Source of the DNA: Leucoraja ocellata | Taxonomy: Eukaryota | Reading direction: 5' to 3' | Length of the DNA stretch: 64,000 nucleotides | Assembly (NCBI GenBank): GCA_036785375.1 | Contig: JAWMAR010000040.1 | Coordinates: 10,602,001-10,666,000 of the forward strand | Shown: in pieces, positions 13,429 through 25,192 of the stretch | Layout of the letters: each line of letters starts with the position of its first letter | Position numbering within the stretch: the stretch's first letter is position 1 | Notes under the pieces: model-generated | The model's input: the letters and a program-made list of their open reading frames with translations, nothing else | Database searches by the model: none | What the model was told of the DNA's origin: nothing | Program-made: the position numbers and the translations under genes

Positions 13429-13624
13429 GTTTGCAAAGAGAGTACCTTTGGGAATTTATTCGCGATCTTTCCACTATCCGAAGAAAAACAGCGGCATTTT
13501 TCGAATGGGAAGACATAGGAGAAGGAATATTCAAAGTTGTGAAGTCCGATTCTCTGGCTGAGCTCTGGGGACAAAGGAAAAAGAATGAGCACATGACCTA
13601 TGAGAAACTAAGCAGAGCATTGAG
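13429..13624 (+). CDS. ELF5-like ETS factor, ETS-domain exon A (may be pseudogenic)
   Basis: aag| (G)[13 protein letters not shown]...[40 protein letters not shown](R) |gtact; 196 nt; intron splits the second Arg of SRALR as in ESE-family genes. Confidence 0.85.
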
Positions 13625-14209
13625 GTACTTTAGCAATCTATGTATCAGGCTGAACTTCCAAACAGAAATGTGATTTGGTAAATTGGAATTATTTTTATTT
13701 CACAATTAGGCACTTTTAATTATGTACAATCTAGTTATAATAGGGAAGGATTTTGCAAGGCACTATTCAGTTTACATTACAAGAAACATATCCCAGAAAA
13801 AACGAAATGTTCTCCCTGTGTCCTCATGAGTTTTCTCCAGGTGCTGCAGTTTCCTAACACATTCCAAAGATGTACAGGATTGTAGGTTAATTGGCTTCGG
13901 TAAAATTCTAAAATGTCTCCAGTGTGTAGGATAGCACTAGTGTACGGGGGTCGCTGGTCGGTGCAGTATCGGTGGGCCGAAGGGCCTGTGCCACCCTTAC
14001 CATTAAATCGCTACACTACTGTGGCTGCAGTATGAGATGTCTACAACTTGCACTGCAGTTACTAGTCTGGATCACCCCAATCTGGGTCTCTTCCATCAAT
14101 GGACAAGGGCACTAGAGGGTTCAACAGCTGGTTTCCTTCCAAGATACAAACAAACCTGACATAGAAATACATTGTCGTTCCTTCATCACTGCTGGGAGAA
14201 ATATCTGAA

Positions 14210-14520
14210 ATATCTAGGGTAGTATTGAAAACCAGAGGACATAGGTTTAAGATGATGGGAGGAAGATGTAATAGGAACCCGAGGAGTACCATTTTCACAC
14301 AAAGAAAGGTGGGTGTATGGAACGAGCTGCTGGAGGAGGTCAATGAGGCAGGTACTATTGGGACGTTTAAGAAACATTTAGACAGGTTAATGGATAGGAG
14401 AAGTTTAAGAGGACATGAGCCAAATGCAGGCAGGTGTCTAGTGTAGATGGAACATGTTGGCCAGTGTGGGTTACTTGGGCTAAAGGGCCTGTTTCCACAC
14501 TGTAAGACTCAATGACTCTA
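14210..14520 (+). mobile_element. CR1 3' fragment within the ETS-gene intron
   Basis: KTRGHRFK...FTQRKVGVWNELLEEV.EAGTI.TFKKHLD. Confidence 0.8.
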
Positions 14521-14789
14521 TGAGTTAGTGATGGGCAGAGGCTAAAGGTTTGTTCTATTGGGAAGGTGCAAGTTCCAGAGCATAAATAAAAGTAAGTGCA
14601 AGAAAGGTTATGGAAATCCGGTTTATATGTGTTAAGAGATAGCATGCTGCAAATCCTTTGCAATTATAGAATCACTCATGGACCAATCCTAAATACTGGT
14701 AGTTTATTATTGCCAATAATACCTGATTGTCACGTTTTACAGAGGGAAATAATTGTTGACAGATCACTTCATTTTATTTAGCTTTTCAG

Positions 14790-14874
14790 GCATTATTACA
14801 AAACTGGAAATTTGGAACGGGTGCATAGAAGGTTAATGTACAAGTTTGGAAGGAATGCATATGTCTGGAGATAA
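14790..14874 (+). CDS. ELF5-like ETS factor, terminal ETS exon
   Basis: cttttcag|G CAT TAT TAC...: (R)[27 protein letters not shown]; splices in frame to 13624; YKTG and ERV-x-RRL without the extra Gly match ELF5 rather than EHF/ELF3. Confidence 0.85.
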
Positions 14875-16119
14875 ATATCCTCGTTTACTCATCAATTACA
14901 ACCTGATTAAAAATATGGCCCTAATGGAAAATAAGAGACTACGCTAGAATGCACTCGTGCACTCTTCAGGAACTAGGCTATCAGTAATCATCATAACTAG
15001 GCAATGTAATCACAATCCTATTACAGATCAAACCCTTACAATGAATGTTGTATTAAAAAAAAGATTAAATATACATTAAGCTCATAATATATAGATGTTG
15101 AATTGCAATGTATTATGTTGCAAAGCACTTTGTAAATACTCAGGAGTCAACGCACTTCAAAATCTATGATCTACATCTACCTATCACTTTTGTTTTCTTG
15201 TGTTTTATAGACAACCAGTTGTTTATCTCTATTACATTGACCTACATAAAGGATACAGTGCAGAAATAAGCAATATACTTGACCTTCCTCCCATCTTTCC
15301 TCGCCTATCCATTTATCCCTTTATTCTTTTCTTCCTTGAATGTTTGTTTAATTTCTCTCAGTGTAGACATTCAATTAATTTGCCAGTGATTTCCACTCAA
15401 TGGTTTCTTCTGAATTTCCTATACAGATTACCTATAAATGTATTATTTTTCATTAGTTGAGATACTTTCCATCTGCTTACTTTATCAGCATATTTCCATG
15501 AGGCCAAATCCAAGTCTACTTTGATTTAAATATGTACTTAAGTGCAGAATAGCAAATTATACCTTCTGTGCAATATATAGAGAAGCATTTCCTTTATATC
15601 TGAAGGTAGAGTTTGGCCAGCGCTTTATATAGATGTGCAAACTATTTTCTAACAGTGATGGCTGAAAATGATTGCTGGTGATGATATTATTTTAACACTT
15701 AATTTTATGCAGGCTAATACCTCTGCTAAAGCCGCACAAAGAAGAATGTTATGAGAATGGCATAAAATGCTGTAGTAACTCAGCGGGTCAGGCAGCATCC
15801 CTGGAGAACATGGATAGGTGATGTTTTGGGACCCATTCATGTTCTCAAACGATGCTGCCTTATCCACTGAGGTACTCCAGCATGTTGTGCCTGTGCTTGT
15901 TAAACCAGCACCTGCAGTTCTTTGTTTCTACCTAATGTTATAAGAATATCTTCAGCACTCGGTTACCAAAATGATAAGCCATAATTTCCAACCTTTTATA
16001 TTTTTTAGTATCTGTTTATTTTTTCAACATTCAACTTGTATATGTAACTGCAGAACTTTTTTGTACATGCAGGACCAACATTTGATGGCAATATGAGTGG
16101 AACATTTCCACACAACCAC

Positions 16120-16440
16120 ATCTTACACAATGATGGGGCACAGTACAAGAAAGAGATAGAGATCCTCCTCGTATGGTGTCAAGATAACAACCTCTCTCTC
16201 CATGTCAGTAAAGGAGCTGGCGAAGTACATGCCCACATCTGCATCAATAGTGATGGGGTGGAGACGGTCAGGAAATTTACGTTGCAAGGTGTAAATATTG
16301 TCAGCATCTTGTCCTGGTCCAACCACAAAGATGCGACTTCTCTGAATGCATCACAGCTTGGTATGACAACAGCTCTGCACAGAACCATCAGAAATTGCAG
16401 GAAGTTCTGGAAGTAGCGCAGTCCATTACACAAACCAGCA
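16120..16440 (+). mobile_element. Degenerate Rex1/Babar LINE fragment
   Basis: YKKEIE.L.VWCQDNNLSL.VSK motif. Confidence 0.65.
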
Positions 16441-16486
16441 CTCCCCCTCCCCCCCCCCCCCCCCCCCCAATTATTGACTCCACCTA

Positions 16487-17450
16487 TCTATACTGTTACT
16501 AAAACTCTCATCTTGTCCTCTTTCGGTTTGCCTTTTTTTAAAATTTGCACAAACACGGTGCCTTATAACGCTAGGATTTTTTTGCCACCATACTCACCGT
16601 TCTCCTTTGCTCCAAGCGCACCAAGTTTTGTTCCGATCGGTGAAATATTACAAATATTATGAAGGCTTAAAAAATCGTGAGATCAGCAGATTGGTCTTCT
16701 CACCTGTCAGTCACCATGAAGGTAACGCCCCTTCCGGCACCGGCTGTCAATCTACGGGGCGAGGAGAATAAATCCCGGAGGCGGGGCTGAGTCCGCAAGC
16801 CGTACTGATTGAGTTCACAAGAGCGTAGTCGGGGAAGCCGCTGTGTGGAGTCAGGGAAGATGCTGTGTGGAGTCGGGGAACCTGTTGAGTGGAGCCGGGA
16901 GGTGCTGTGTGGTGCAACTGAATGGAATCCCTCCCACACACACCCACACCACCCCACTCCACCCCCTCCCCCCACACCACCCTTTCCCCCACACCACCCC
17001 TCCCCCACACCGCTCCCCCACATACCTCCCCTCCTCCACAAACCGCCCCCTCCCCTACACACCCCCACCCAAACCCCCTACCCACACCCACCCTCCCGCA
17101 CACCCGCCCTACCCCACCAACTCCCCCACACCACCCCTCCCCCACACCACCCCTCCCCCACACACCCTCCCCTCCACACATCCCCCTCCCCCACACCACC
17201 CCTTCCCCACACCCCATCCCCCACACCCCATCCCCCACACACACCCTCTCCCACACCACCTCCCCTCCCCCACACCTCCCCCTCCCCCACACCCCCCTCC
17301 TCCACACCCCCCTCCTCCACACCCCCCTCCCACACACAATCCCCCTCCCCACACCCCTCCTCTCCCACAACCCCCCTCCCCCACACACCCCTCCTCCACA
17401 CACCCCCTTCCCCCACACTTCCCCACCCCCAGTCCCCCTCCCTCCAACCA
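16487..17450 (+). mobile_element. Non-autonomous Helitron-like element, 5' portion (3' CTAG end not found)
   Basis: Begins A|TCTATACTGTTACTAAAACTCTCATCTTG; the first ~250 bp are recognisably homologous to the 5' module of the 55033-57385 element. Confidence 0.55.
16930..17450. repeat. C/A-rich low-complexity tract (G-rich on the minus strand)
   Basis: Imperfect (CCCCACACACC/CCCTCC)n; source of the Pro/His- and Gly-rich spurious ORFs. Confidence 0.95.
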
Positions 17451-17751
17451 TCTCTGAAGGGTCTCGACCAAAAAATGTCAGCAATTTTTTCTCTCCAGAG
17501 ATGCTGCCTGTCCCGCTGAGTTACTCCAGTATTTTGTGTTCACCCTCCAACCATATGTCCACTCTGCTGTCCTGCACTCTGCTGCTTGATTCCTCTCATT
17601 CCTTCATTTCTCTCCTGCGTTGAGCACACCCATCAAGGTTTTTTCAGATATATAAAGAGTAATAGAGGTTGAATAGGTATTTTGCGTCACTCCACAGTTA
17701 AAGACACCAGTAATGTACCAGAAATTCAAGGGAGTCAGGGGGCAGAGGTTA

Positions 17752-17980
17752 AGGGCCTGTCGCACTTGGGCATCATTTGCGCGTCACGCAGGTGGCGCGC
17801 GAAGATTTTGTGAATCCCAAAATCCTGGGGCGCCGCACGCCTACGTCTCCACGCACCATGCGCACATATTGCACACCATGCACGCGTAATGCGTGCCACG
17901 ACGCACGTGTCATGCATCGTGACGCATAAATGATGTCGCGTAAATGACACGCGAAGGACGCCCAAGTGGGACGGGGCCCT
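17752..17980. mobile_element. PIF/Harbinger-like MITE
   Basis: TTA|AGGGCCTGTCGCACTTGGG...CCCAAGTGGGACGGGGCCCT|TTA: TIRs plus TTA target-site duplication. Confidence 0.8.
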
Positions 17981-18244
17981 TTAGGCAAAGCAGACTTGGG
18001 AGACAAACAACAAAAAAATACTGTGATAATAAATCAGTCCAGAAGATGGCAGCAGCATGCAGGTGGAAAACTAAAGGAGATGTGTGCTATTGCAGTGGGG
18101 TTCATTAAATGTTTACCAATAAAGAGAAAATATCTATCAATATTATATTTACTGTACAATAATGACCAGGAGTTCCATGAGTTAATACCGGACAGGGTGG
18201 TGCAGAAGGTATTTGAAATGTGTCCCATAATCCGTAATGGCTAG

Positions 18245-18807
18245 TTTTCACGGGGCGACTTGACGCAAGATGTAGCCAGAGTGGAGTGGTCGTGGTCTAG
18301 CACGATATCACACGATATAACGGGGAGGGTAGACAAAGAGTTCCCACGGTACTCGGCAATTCTGTCATTTTTGCGAGTGACTTGTCCGTCTCCCGATCTT
18401 TCCCGTTAATCGTGAATGAACATCGTGGACTGTAGTGTAGTTAATCACGTGGCACAAATGATGTTCCTTTGTTGTCACACACTATATTGTTTTTTTTCAC
18501 CCGAGCTCTTTAATGAGCTGAAGAATAATCTGTGTTTTTTTAGACAAATGTTGTTTGGTGTGATGCACCTTCTCTCAATATGTGCAAGAAGTCGTCTTTT
18601 TATTTTGTCAAATATGAATAAAGACAGTGTCTCACATTGACCGTGATGATTGTGTTATTTTATGATTTACTGACAGGTGAAACTTTCAGTCTGAAGAAGG
18701 CTCTCGACCCGAAACGCCACCCGTTCCTTCTCTCCAGAGATGCTGCCTGTCCCGCTGAGTTGCTCCAAGCAACTGGTGTCTATCTTCAAAGGACTGACCA
18801 GGACTGC

Positions 18808-18840
<33 letters not shown>

Positions 18841-20401
18841 CCTCCCTCTCACACAGGCATGACTGGAGGAACTCCGCGGGCCAGGCAGCATTTACGGAGG
18901 GAAATGGACAGGCGACCCATTCTTCAGGCTGCCTTATGTCTCTCTCCCCCCCCCCCTCCCCCCAACTCCCACCCACACACACGAATGCTGGAGAAACTCA
19001 GCGGTGCAGCGGGGCCGAAACGTTGTCTATTTCCTTTGTTCCATAGATGCTACTGCAACCCGCGGAGTTTCTCCAGCATTCGCGTGTGTGGGTGGGAGTT
19101 GGGGGGGGGGGGGGGGCGAGAGAGACATAAGGCAGCCTGAAGAATGGGTTGCCTGTCCATTTCCCTCCGTAGATGCTGCCTGGCCCGCGGAGTTCCTCCA
19201 TTCATGCCTGTGTGAGAGGGAGGGAGGGAGAGAGAGAGAGAGGCACACACAAGGTGAATGCGAAATCTCACCTGCCTGTTTCAGTGACAGACACCCACCG
19301 CCAGTAAATGAAGACACCCCCATCTGTCTCCCCCTCCTCTCCCTCGACTCCCCCACCTTTCCCTCCCAACTCCAGTCCCGTCCCGACCCCCTGGAAACTG
19401 AAGGGTTCCCGCTGTAATTAAAGAGTTCCCACGGTAGACTGTAAAACTGGGACCCTGGTTCTGACCTCCCCCAACATCGGGAACATTCTTCCTCCATCTA
19501 GCTTGTCCAATCCCGTAGATACGATTAGACAGGTATCTAGTTATTTAATTCAATTAATGATTTCTATCGCCCAGCCTCTCATCTTTCAATCGGGTTCGGC
19601 CAGGAAGGAACTGCAGATGCTGGATTAAAACGAAGATAGACACAACATGTAGCTCAGCGGGACAAGCAGCATATCAGAAGGGTCTCGACCCGAAATGTTA
19701 CCCATTCCTTCTCCCAAAATATGCTGCCTGCCGTCGAACTCATTCTCTTTAAACCGGCATCTGCTGTTCCTTCCGACACATACACAAGAAATAAGCAACT
19801 TTTCGGGCCGAAACGTTGCCTATTTCTTTTGTTCCATAGATGCTGCTGCACCCGCTGAGTTTCTCCAGCATTTGTGTGTGTGGGTGGGAGTTGGGGGGTG
19901 GGGGGGGGGGGGGGGGGGTAGAGAGATAAGGCAGCCTGAGGAAAGGCTCGCCTGTCAATTTCCCTCCGTAGATGCTGCCTGGCCCGCGGAGTTCCTCCAG
20001 TTAGAAACTGCTTTCAGATAAAAAGAGACACACTGACATTAATGAAATGCTTGTTAGCTAGTTTTATTAGATTTGTATGTAAATAGCAAATTGGCTGGAT
20101 TCACTCTATCCAACTTCCGGGTTCACCGTTCGCAGGAGTTCCCACGGTAACCGCAAGAGTTACTACGGATATCGCACTGGCCACTACGTTCATAAAATGT
20201 TGCAATGCTCAACCACAAGTGTACAAGTCACTCTTGGACAAATTCAAACATGTTTGAATTTTCTCCCGAGTACCCAAGTTACACGATTACCTGCCGTTAG
20301 CGCCACGGTGGTCCACGAATGCCGTACTGTTACCGCACGAGGTTCCCACGATGTTAAACTCTGGTTACCTCTTGCGTCAAGTCGCCCCGTGAAAAGGGGG
20401 T
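18245..20401. mobile_element. About 2.15 kb non-autonomous TIR element with captured SINE-like cargo
   Basis: About 38 bp TIRs: TTTTCACGGGGCGACTTGACGCAAGATGTAGCCAGAGT / ACTCTGGTTACCTCTTGCGTCAAGTCGCCCCGTGAAAA. Confidence 0.75.
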
Positions 20402-20563
20402 TTAAGGGTATTGAGTACATGAGTTGGGATGTCATGCTATAACTGCAAGATATAAGCCAAAGACGGGCAAAAGGGACTAGCTCAGTGATAAAACCTGATT
20501 GAATGGATGTTGGGCTGAAGACCTTGTTTCCTTGCTCCATGATTCTGTGACTCTATGATTTAT

Positions 20564-20850
20564 TGACTTCAGAATTAAGGGACAGAAGTTTAGGGGTAAT
20601 ATGAGGGGGAACTTCTTTACTCAGAGAGTGGTAGCGGTGTGGAATGAGCTTCCAGTGGAAGTGGTAGAGGCAGGTTCATTGGTATCATTTAAAAATAAAT
20701 TGGATAGGCATATGGATGAGAAGGGAATGGAGGGTTATGGTATGATTGCAGGCAGGTGGGACTAAGGGGAAAAAAAGTTGTTCGGCACGGACTTGTAGGG
20801 CCGAGATGGCCTGTTTCCGTGCTGTAATTGTTATATGGTTATATGGTTAT
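20564..20850 (+). mobile_element. Young CR1 3' end, nearly identical to 24284-24566
   Basis: gacttcagaattaagggacagaagtttagggg... through the (atatggtt)n tail. Confidence 0.85.
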
Positions 20851-21189
20851 AAGGAATAGGAGTAGAATTAGGCCATTCAGCGCATCAAGTCTACTCCACC
20901 ATGGCTGATCTATCTCTCCCTCCTAACCCCATTCTCCTGCCTTCTCCCCATAACCTCTGACACCTGTACTAATTGAGAATCTATCTATCTCTGACTTAAA
21001 AATATCCCCTGACTTGGTCTCTACAGCCTTCTGTGGCAAAGAATTCCACAGATTCACCATCAGTATAGTATAAGAATAAAAAAGGATAAATACAATTAAA
21101 TAAGAAATACAAATAAAGACACCACGGGCCATGTAAAGCGCCACTTAATTTATTATGTTAGAAAACATCATGCAACAAAGCATTCACAG

Positions 21190-21372
21190 TTTGAGAATGT
21201 GGTTAAGTCTGACCACTAGTTTGTGAGTGGCATGTCAGAGAGGCAGGCCACCACATCAGGTGCCAAACTATAAGCCTGAAGAGGAGAGAGTGTTCCTGTT
21301 TATTGCAGAGTTAACTTCATAATCTGAAACAGGTGGAAGACCTCTGTGAAAAACACCATCTGCAAGAGAAAG
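21190..21372 (+). promoter_or_regulatory. RAG1: Putative RAG1 promoter and non-coding exon 1
   Basis: Unique sequence with RUNX sites (TGTGGTT 21198, ACCACA 21250), E-boxes (CAGGTG 21257 and 21330, CATCTG 21357), TATAAG 21269 and a strong donor AAG|gtaaga at 21372/3; pairs with the acceptor at 25179. Confidence 0.6.
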
Positions 21373-23209
21373 GTAAGAAATGGCTCTATTATAATATATA
21401 TTTTAATGTAAAATAATAAAAGTGTGATGGCCAGCAGAACTCCACCATGACATTTAGCTTCTGAACATATTGCAACAAGCTAAAAGAATAATAACATTGT
21501 TGAAAATATTTAAATAAAAATCAATAAGAGTGTAAACAATTTCACACAGTCAGTTTAATTGATATAATATTAATGTGATTTTTATTTAAATATATTAAAA
21601 TTAGAATATGTATGAAATAATTGTATTGAGGTGTTTATTTCACTACTTTCCTAAACATTGCTGGATTTTAGATTATGTTGCAGTTTATATTATATCTTAC
21701 TTTAGAAGGATCTCTGACAAAAATGAGAAGAGTTGGCAGGGAGTATCCGCCAGTTAATGGAGAATTGGATTGTCTTTGTGAAATAGTGGGGTTGATTTCA
21801 GTGAAATTTCCACCAAATGACTGATCTTTGAGAAAGTAGAGGGAACTATTCATAAATTTGGATTTGTTTTATTAACATCCTTTCACAAAAAATATAATTT
21901 AATATTAACATTTACTCTAATTTAGTTTAGATATATAGCATTGAAACAGGACCTTCGGCCCTCTGGGTCTACACTGATCACCGATTACATACTAGTTCTA
22001 TGTTATTCTACCTTCTCATTCTACACACTTCCTACACATTTGGGGGCAATTTATAGAGGCCAATTAACCTATACAGTTGATAACTATTTGGCAATACGTT
22101 TATCTTCAGTGTTTCAAGATTTTATTAAGTCCAGACTCCTTAACATTAACTTCTAACATGGTGGATTGACGTTGCTAATGTTTTGAAATTGCACTTCTTA
22201 AAAAAGGGCAAGAAAATCTTTAAGATACCCCACCATTTCTGTTTTCAGTTACCTGGTGTCAGGGTAGCTCTAGATATAGTATAATAAGTATATACATAGG
22301 AAATAATTTGTATGGGTTTCAAACTAAGCACCACACATTTCTTGTATTGGGGTTAACCTTTAGTTAAACAACAGGACAAATATTGTGACACAATGTATTC
22401 TTTACTGCTTTTGTAATCCATTTGAAGCAATTGCATAATTGTGTATCCTGATTCCTTTTCCAGCTAATTAGCTGGTATTTATGCTGAATGCAGAATATTG
22501 CAATATACCAAGGTGTGCTAAAGAATCACAACCAACATTCTCTTCAATTGTCCTTTGTCTACATTCAATAGGTGTATGCTTACAATACACAAATACATAA
22601 TATCTTGCAGCCAATGCAGGAGTACTTTGTGTCAACAGCTATGGAATAGAATAAAAAAGATTACCCTTGAGGACTACATCAATAACTGATGCTGTCTGTC
22701 TCATTACACAAACGATATTTTCTGAATTTTATCTCAAAACAGCTAAGGGTGTTGAATAAATGTTGTTAGCTAGATCACTCTTATAGATTGGTGTCACTTT
22801 AGTGGAACATACAAACCAATCAAATAAATGCAGCAGTTAAAGAGACACAAGAGATTGCAGATCTTGAATGATGAGCAAAAATCAATGTTCTGGAGAAACA
22901 CAATGAGTCAGGCAGCACATTAAAGGGAATGGACAGACGACGTTTCGTATCGGAACTCTTCTGCAGATGGATTGGAATAGGGGAGAAGAAAGCTGGAAAA
23001 GCTGTGGGTATGGGGCAAAGCCTCACAAGTGAAAGGTGGATACAGGTGAAATGGGGGTGTGGTTGGTTGGCAGATGGGAGGGGTAAGTAACAAAGGGTAG
23101 AAGTGAAAAGGAGACAAAAGTTGTTAGATGAAAAAGGAGTGAAATGTAGAGCCAGAGGGGGGATGTGGATCGAAGTACACCACTTACCAAATATTATTTT
23201 GCCCATGAA

Positions 23210-24850
23210 TTACTTCAATCAAATTTAGCAAGTTCCTGTCCAATGCCATCAAAGTTGGCCGTGCCCCACTTTAGAATTTTAACTTGTTCTGCCCTGTCTT
23301 TATCCATAACAATTTTAAAGCAAATAGAACATAAGGCAAATAGCCCTGGAAAATTTAGTTGCCGGTGCAGTCCTTCCCTTAGCTAGGATTCCATAATTCC
23401 TCCACCGTCCCAGTCATGGAAGGTTGGTTAAGAAGGTTAAACTGTTGGGTATAAATGCAGGAATAGCAAGATGGATTCAACAGTGGCTGAATGGGAGAAG
23501 CCAGAGGGTAATGGTGGATAGCTGTTTGTCAGGTTGGAGGCAGGTGACTAGTGGGGTGCCTCAGGGATCTGTGTTGGGTCCTTTGTTGTTTGTCATGTAC
23601 ATCAATGATCTGGATGAAGGGGTGGTAAATTGGATTAGTAAGTATGCAGATGATACCAAGATAGGGGGTGTTGTGGATAATGAAGAGGATTTCCAAAGTC
23701 TACAGAGTGATTTAGGCCATTTGGAAAAATGGGCTGAAAGATGGCAGATGGAGTTTAATGCTGATAAATGTGAGGTGCTACACCTTGGCAGGACAAATCA
23801 AAATAGGACATACATGGTAAATGGTAGGGAATTGAAGAATACAGTTGAACAGAGGGATCTGGGAATAACCGTGCATAGTTCCTTGAAGGTGGAATCTCAT
23901 ATAGATAGGGTGGTAAAGAAAGCTTTTGGTGTGCTAGCCTTTATAAATCAGAGCATTGAGTATAGAAGCTGGGATGTAATGTTAAAATTGTACAAGGCAT
24001 TGGTGAGACCAAATATGGAGTATGGTGTACAATTTTGGTTGCCCAATTATAGGAAGGATGTCAACAAAATAGAGATAGTACAGAGGAGATTTACTAGAAT
24101 GTTGCCTGGGTTTCAACAACTAAGTTACAGAGATAGGTTGAATAAGTTAGGTCTTTATTCTCTGGAGCGCAGAAGGTTAAGGGGGGACTTGATAGAGGTC
24201 TTTAAAATGATGAGAGGGATAGACAGAGTTGATGTGGACAAGCTTTTCCCTTTGAGAATAGGGAAGATTCAAACAAGAGGACATGACTTCAGAATTAAGG
24301 GACAGAAGTTTAGGGGTAACATGAGGGGGGACTTCTTTACTCAGAGAGTGGTAGCGGTGTGGAATGAGCTTCCAGTGGAAGTGGTGGAGGCAGGTTCGTT
24401 GGTATCATTTAAAAATAAATTGGATAGGCATATGGATGAGAAGGGAATGGAGGGTTATGGTATGAGTGCAGGTAGGTGGGTCTAAGGGAAAAAAGTTGTT
24501 CGGCACGGACTTGTAGGGCCGAGATGGCCTGTTTTGTGCTGTAATTGTTATATGGTTATATGGTTAAATGTACCTATCCATGCCTTGAGTTCATCCTCCT
24601 AACCTGTCAGGCCTCTCACATTAAAATATATGCAATTCAATCCAACAGTCCATCCTCGCTCCTAGTCATGCACCTGTCTATTCTGTCCGATGAACTTTCT
24701 TCATCACCTTCCATATTGACTACCATATTGACAGACTCTCACCAGCCTCAGTCCTGCATTGAATCCCACCCCCCATCTCACATCTCACAACCCATGCTAA
24801 TCTCTCCCATCACTGAGGTTAAGACAAATGGCTAGGTTCATCCTTCTCTT
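23210..24850 (-). mobile_element. Old CR1 endonuclease-region fragment, interrupted by a younger CR1
   Basis: Minus strand reads LNCIYFNVRGL..EDELKAWIG (about 24570-24640) and KVKILKWGTANFDGIGQEL-like (about 23225-23290) on either side of the insertion. Confidence 0.65.
23420..24566 (+). mobile_element. Young 5'-truncated CR1 LINE with an open 353-aa RT C-terminal frame, in RAG1 intron 1
   Basis: GVPQGSVLGP, YADD, KCEVLHLG, RRRLRGDLIEVFK with no stops; (atatggtt)n tail. Confidence 0.92.
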
Positions 24851-25192
24851 ATTTTTGAACGCATGCATAACATTTTCAGTTCTTTCCTGGTCATCAAAAG
24901 ACATCAGAAGCAACTTTACATTAATCCGCTGATGGGAGACTGTGTGGAAGAGGCTGTTTCACATTCTGGCAGAGTGCCAAGTAGATTAAGTTACTTTTAA
25001 CTTTCTCATGAATTAGACTAGATTAATTTTATGCCTCTTGGAATTAAAAGCACAATGTTCGCTTTGCAGTGAGAATGTAAGTTTTATAAATTAAAATTAA
25101 GTGCAAAAGAGATTAACTTAAATAAACGGCATGAATAGTGATCCTATTTTAATCAAATTCACTCTTATGTCTCTATTAGATACCACTTTCTG

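Noticed and set aside
13407-13673. ETS ORF as SPI1/PU.1 (a neighbour of NDUFS3 in human), or as a standalone 88-aa protein
   Set aside because: [15 protein letters not shown] and YKTG match ELF5/ESE, not the SPI-family LYQFL motif; the ORF ends are intronic read-through.
16700-17623. Pro/His- and Gly-rich ORFs of 110-245 aa in several frames
   Set aside because: Artefacts of a stop-poor low-complexity tract.
23424-24485. 353-aa ORF as a host gene nested in RAG1
   Set aside because: It is a 5'-truncated CR1 reverse transcriptase with a typical 3' tail and no proper start codon.
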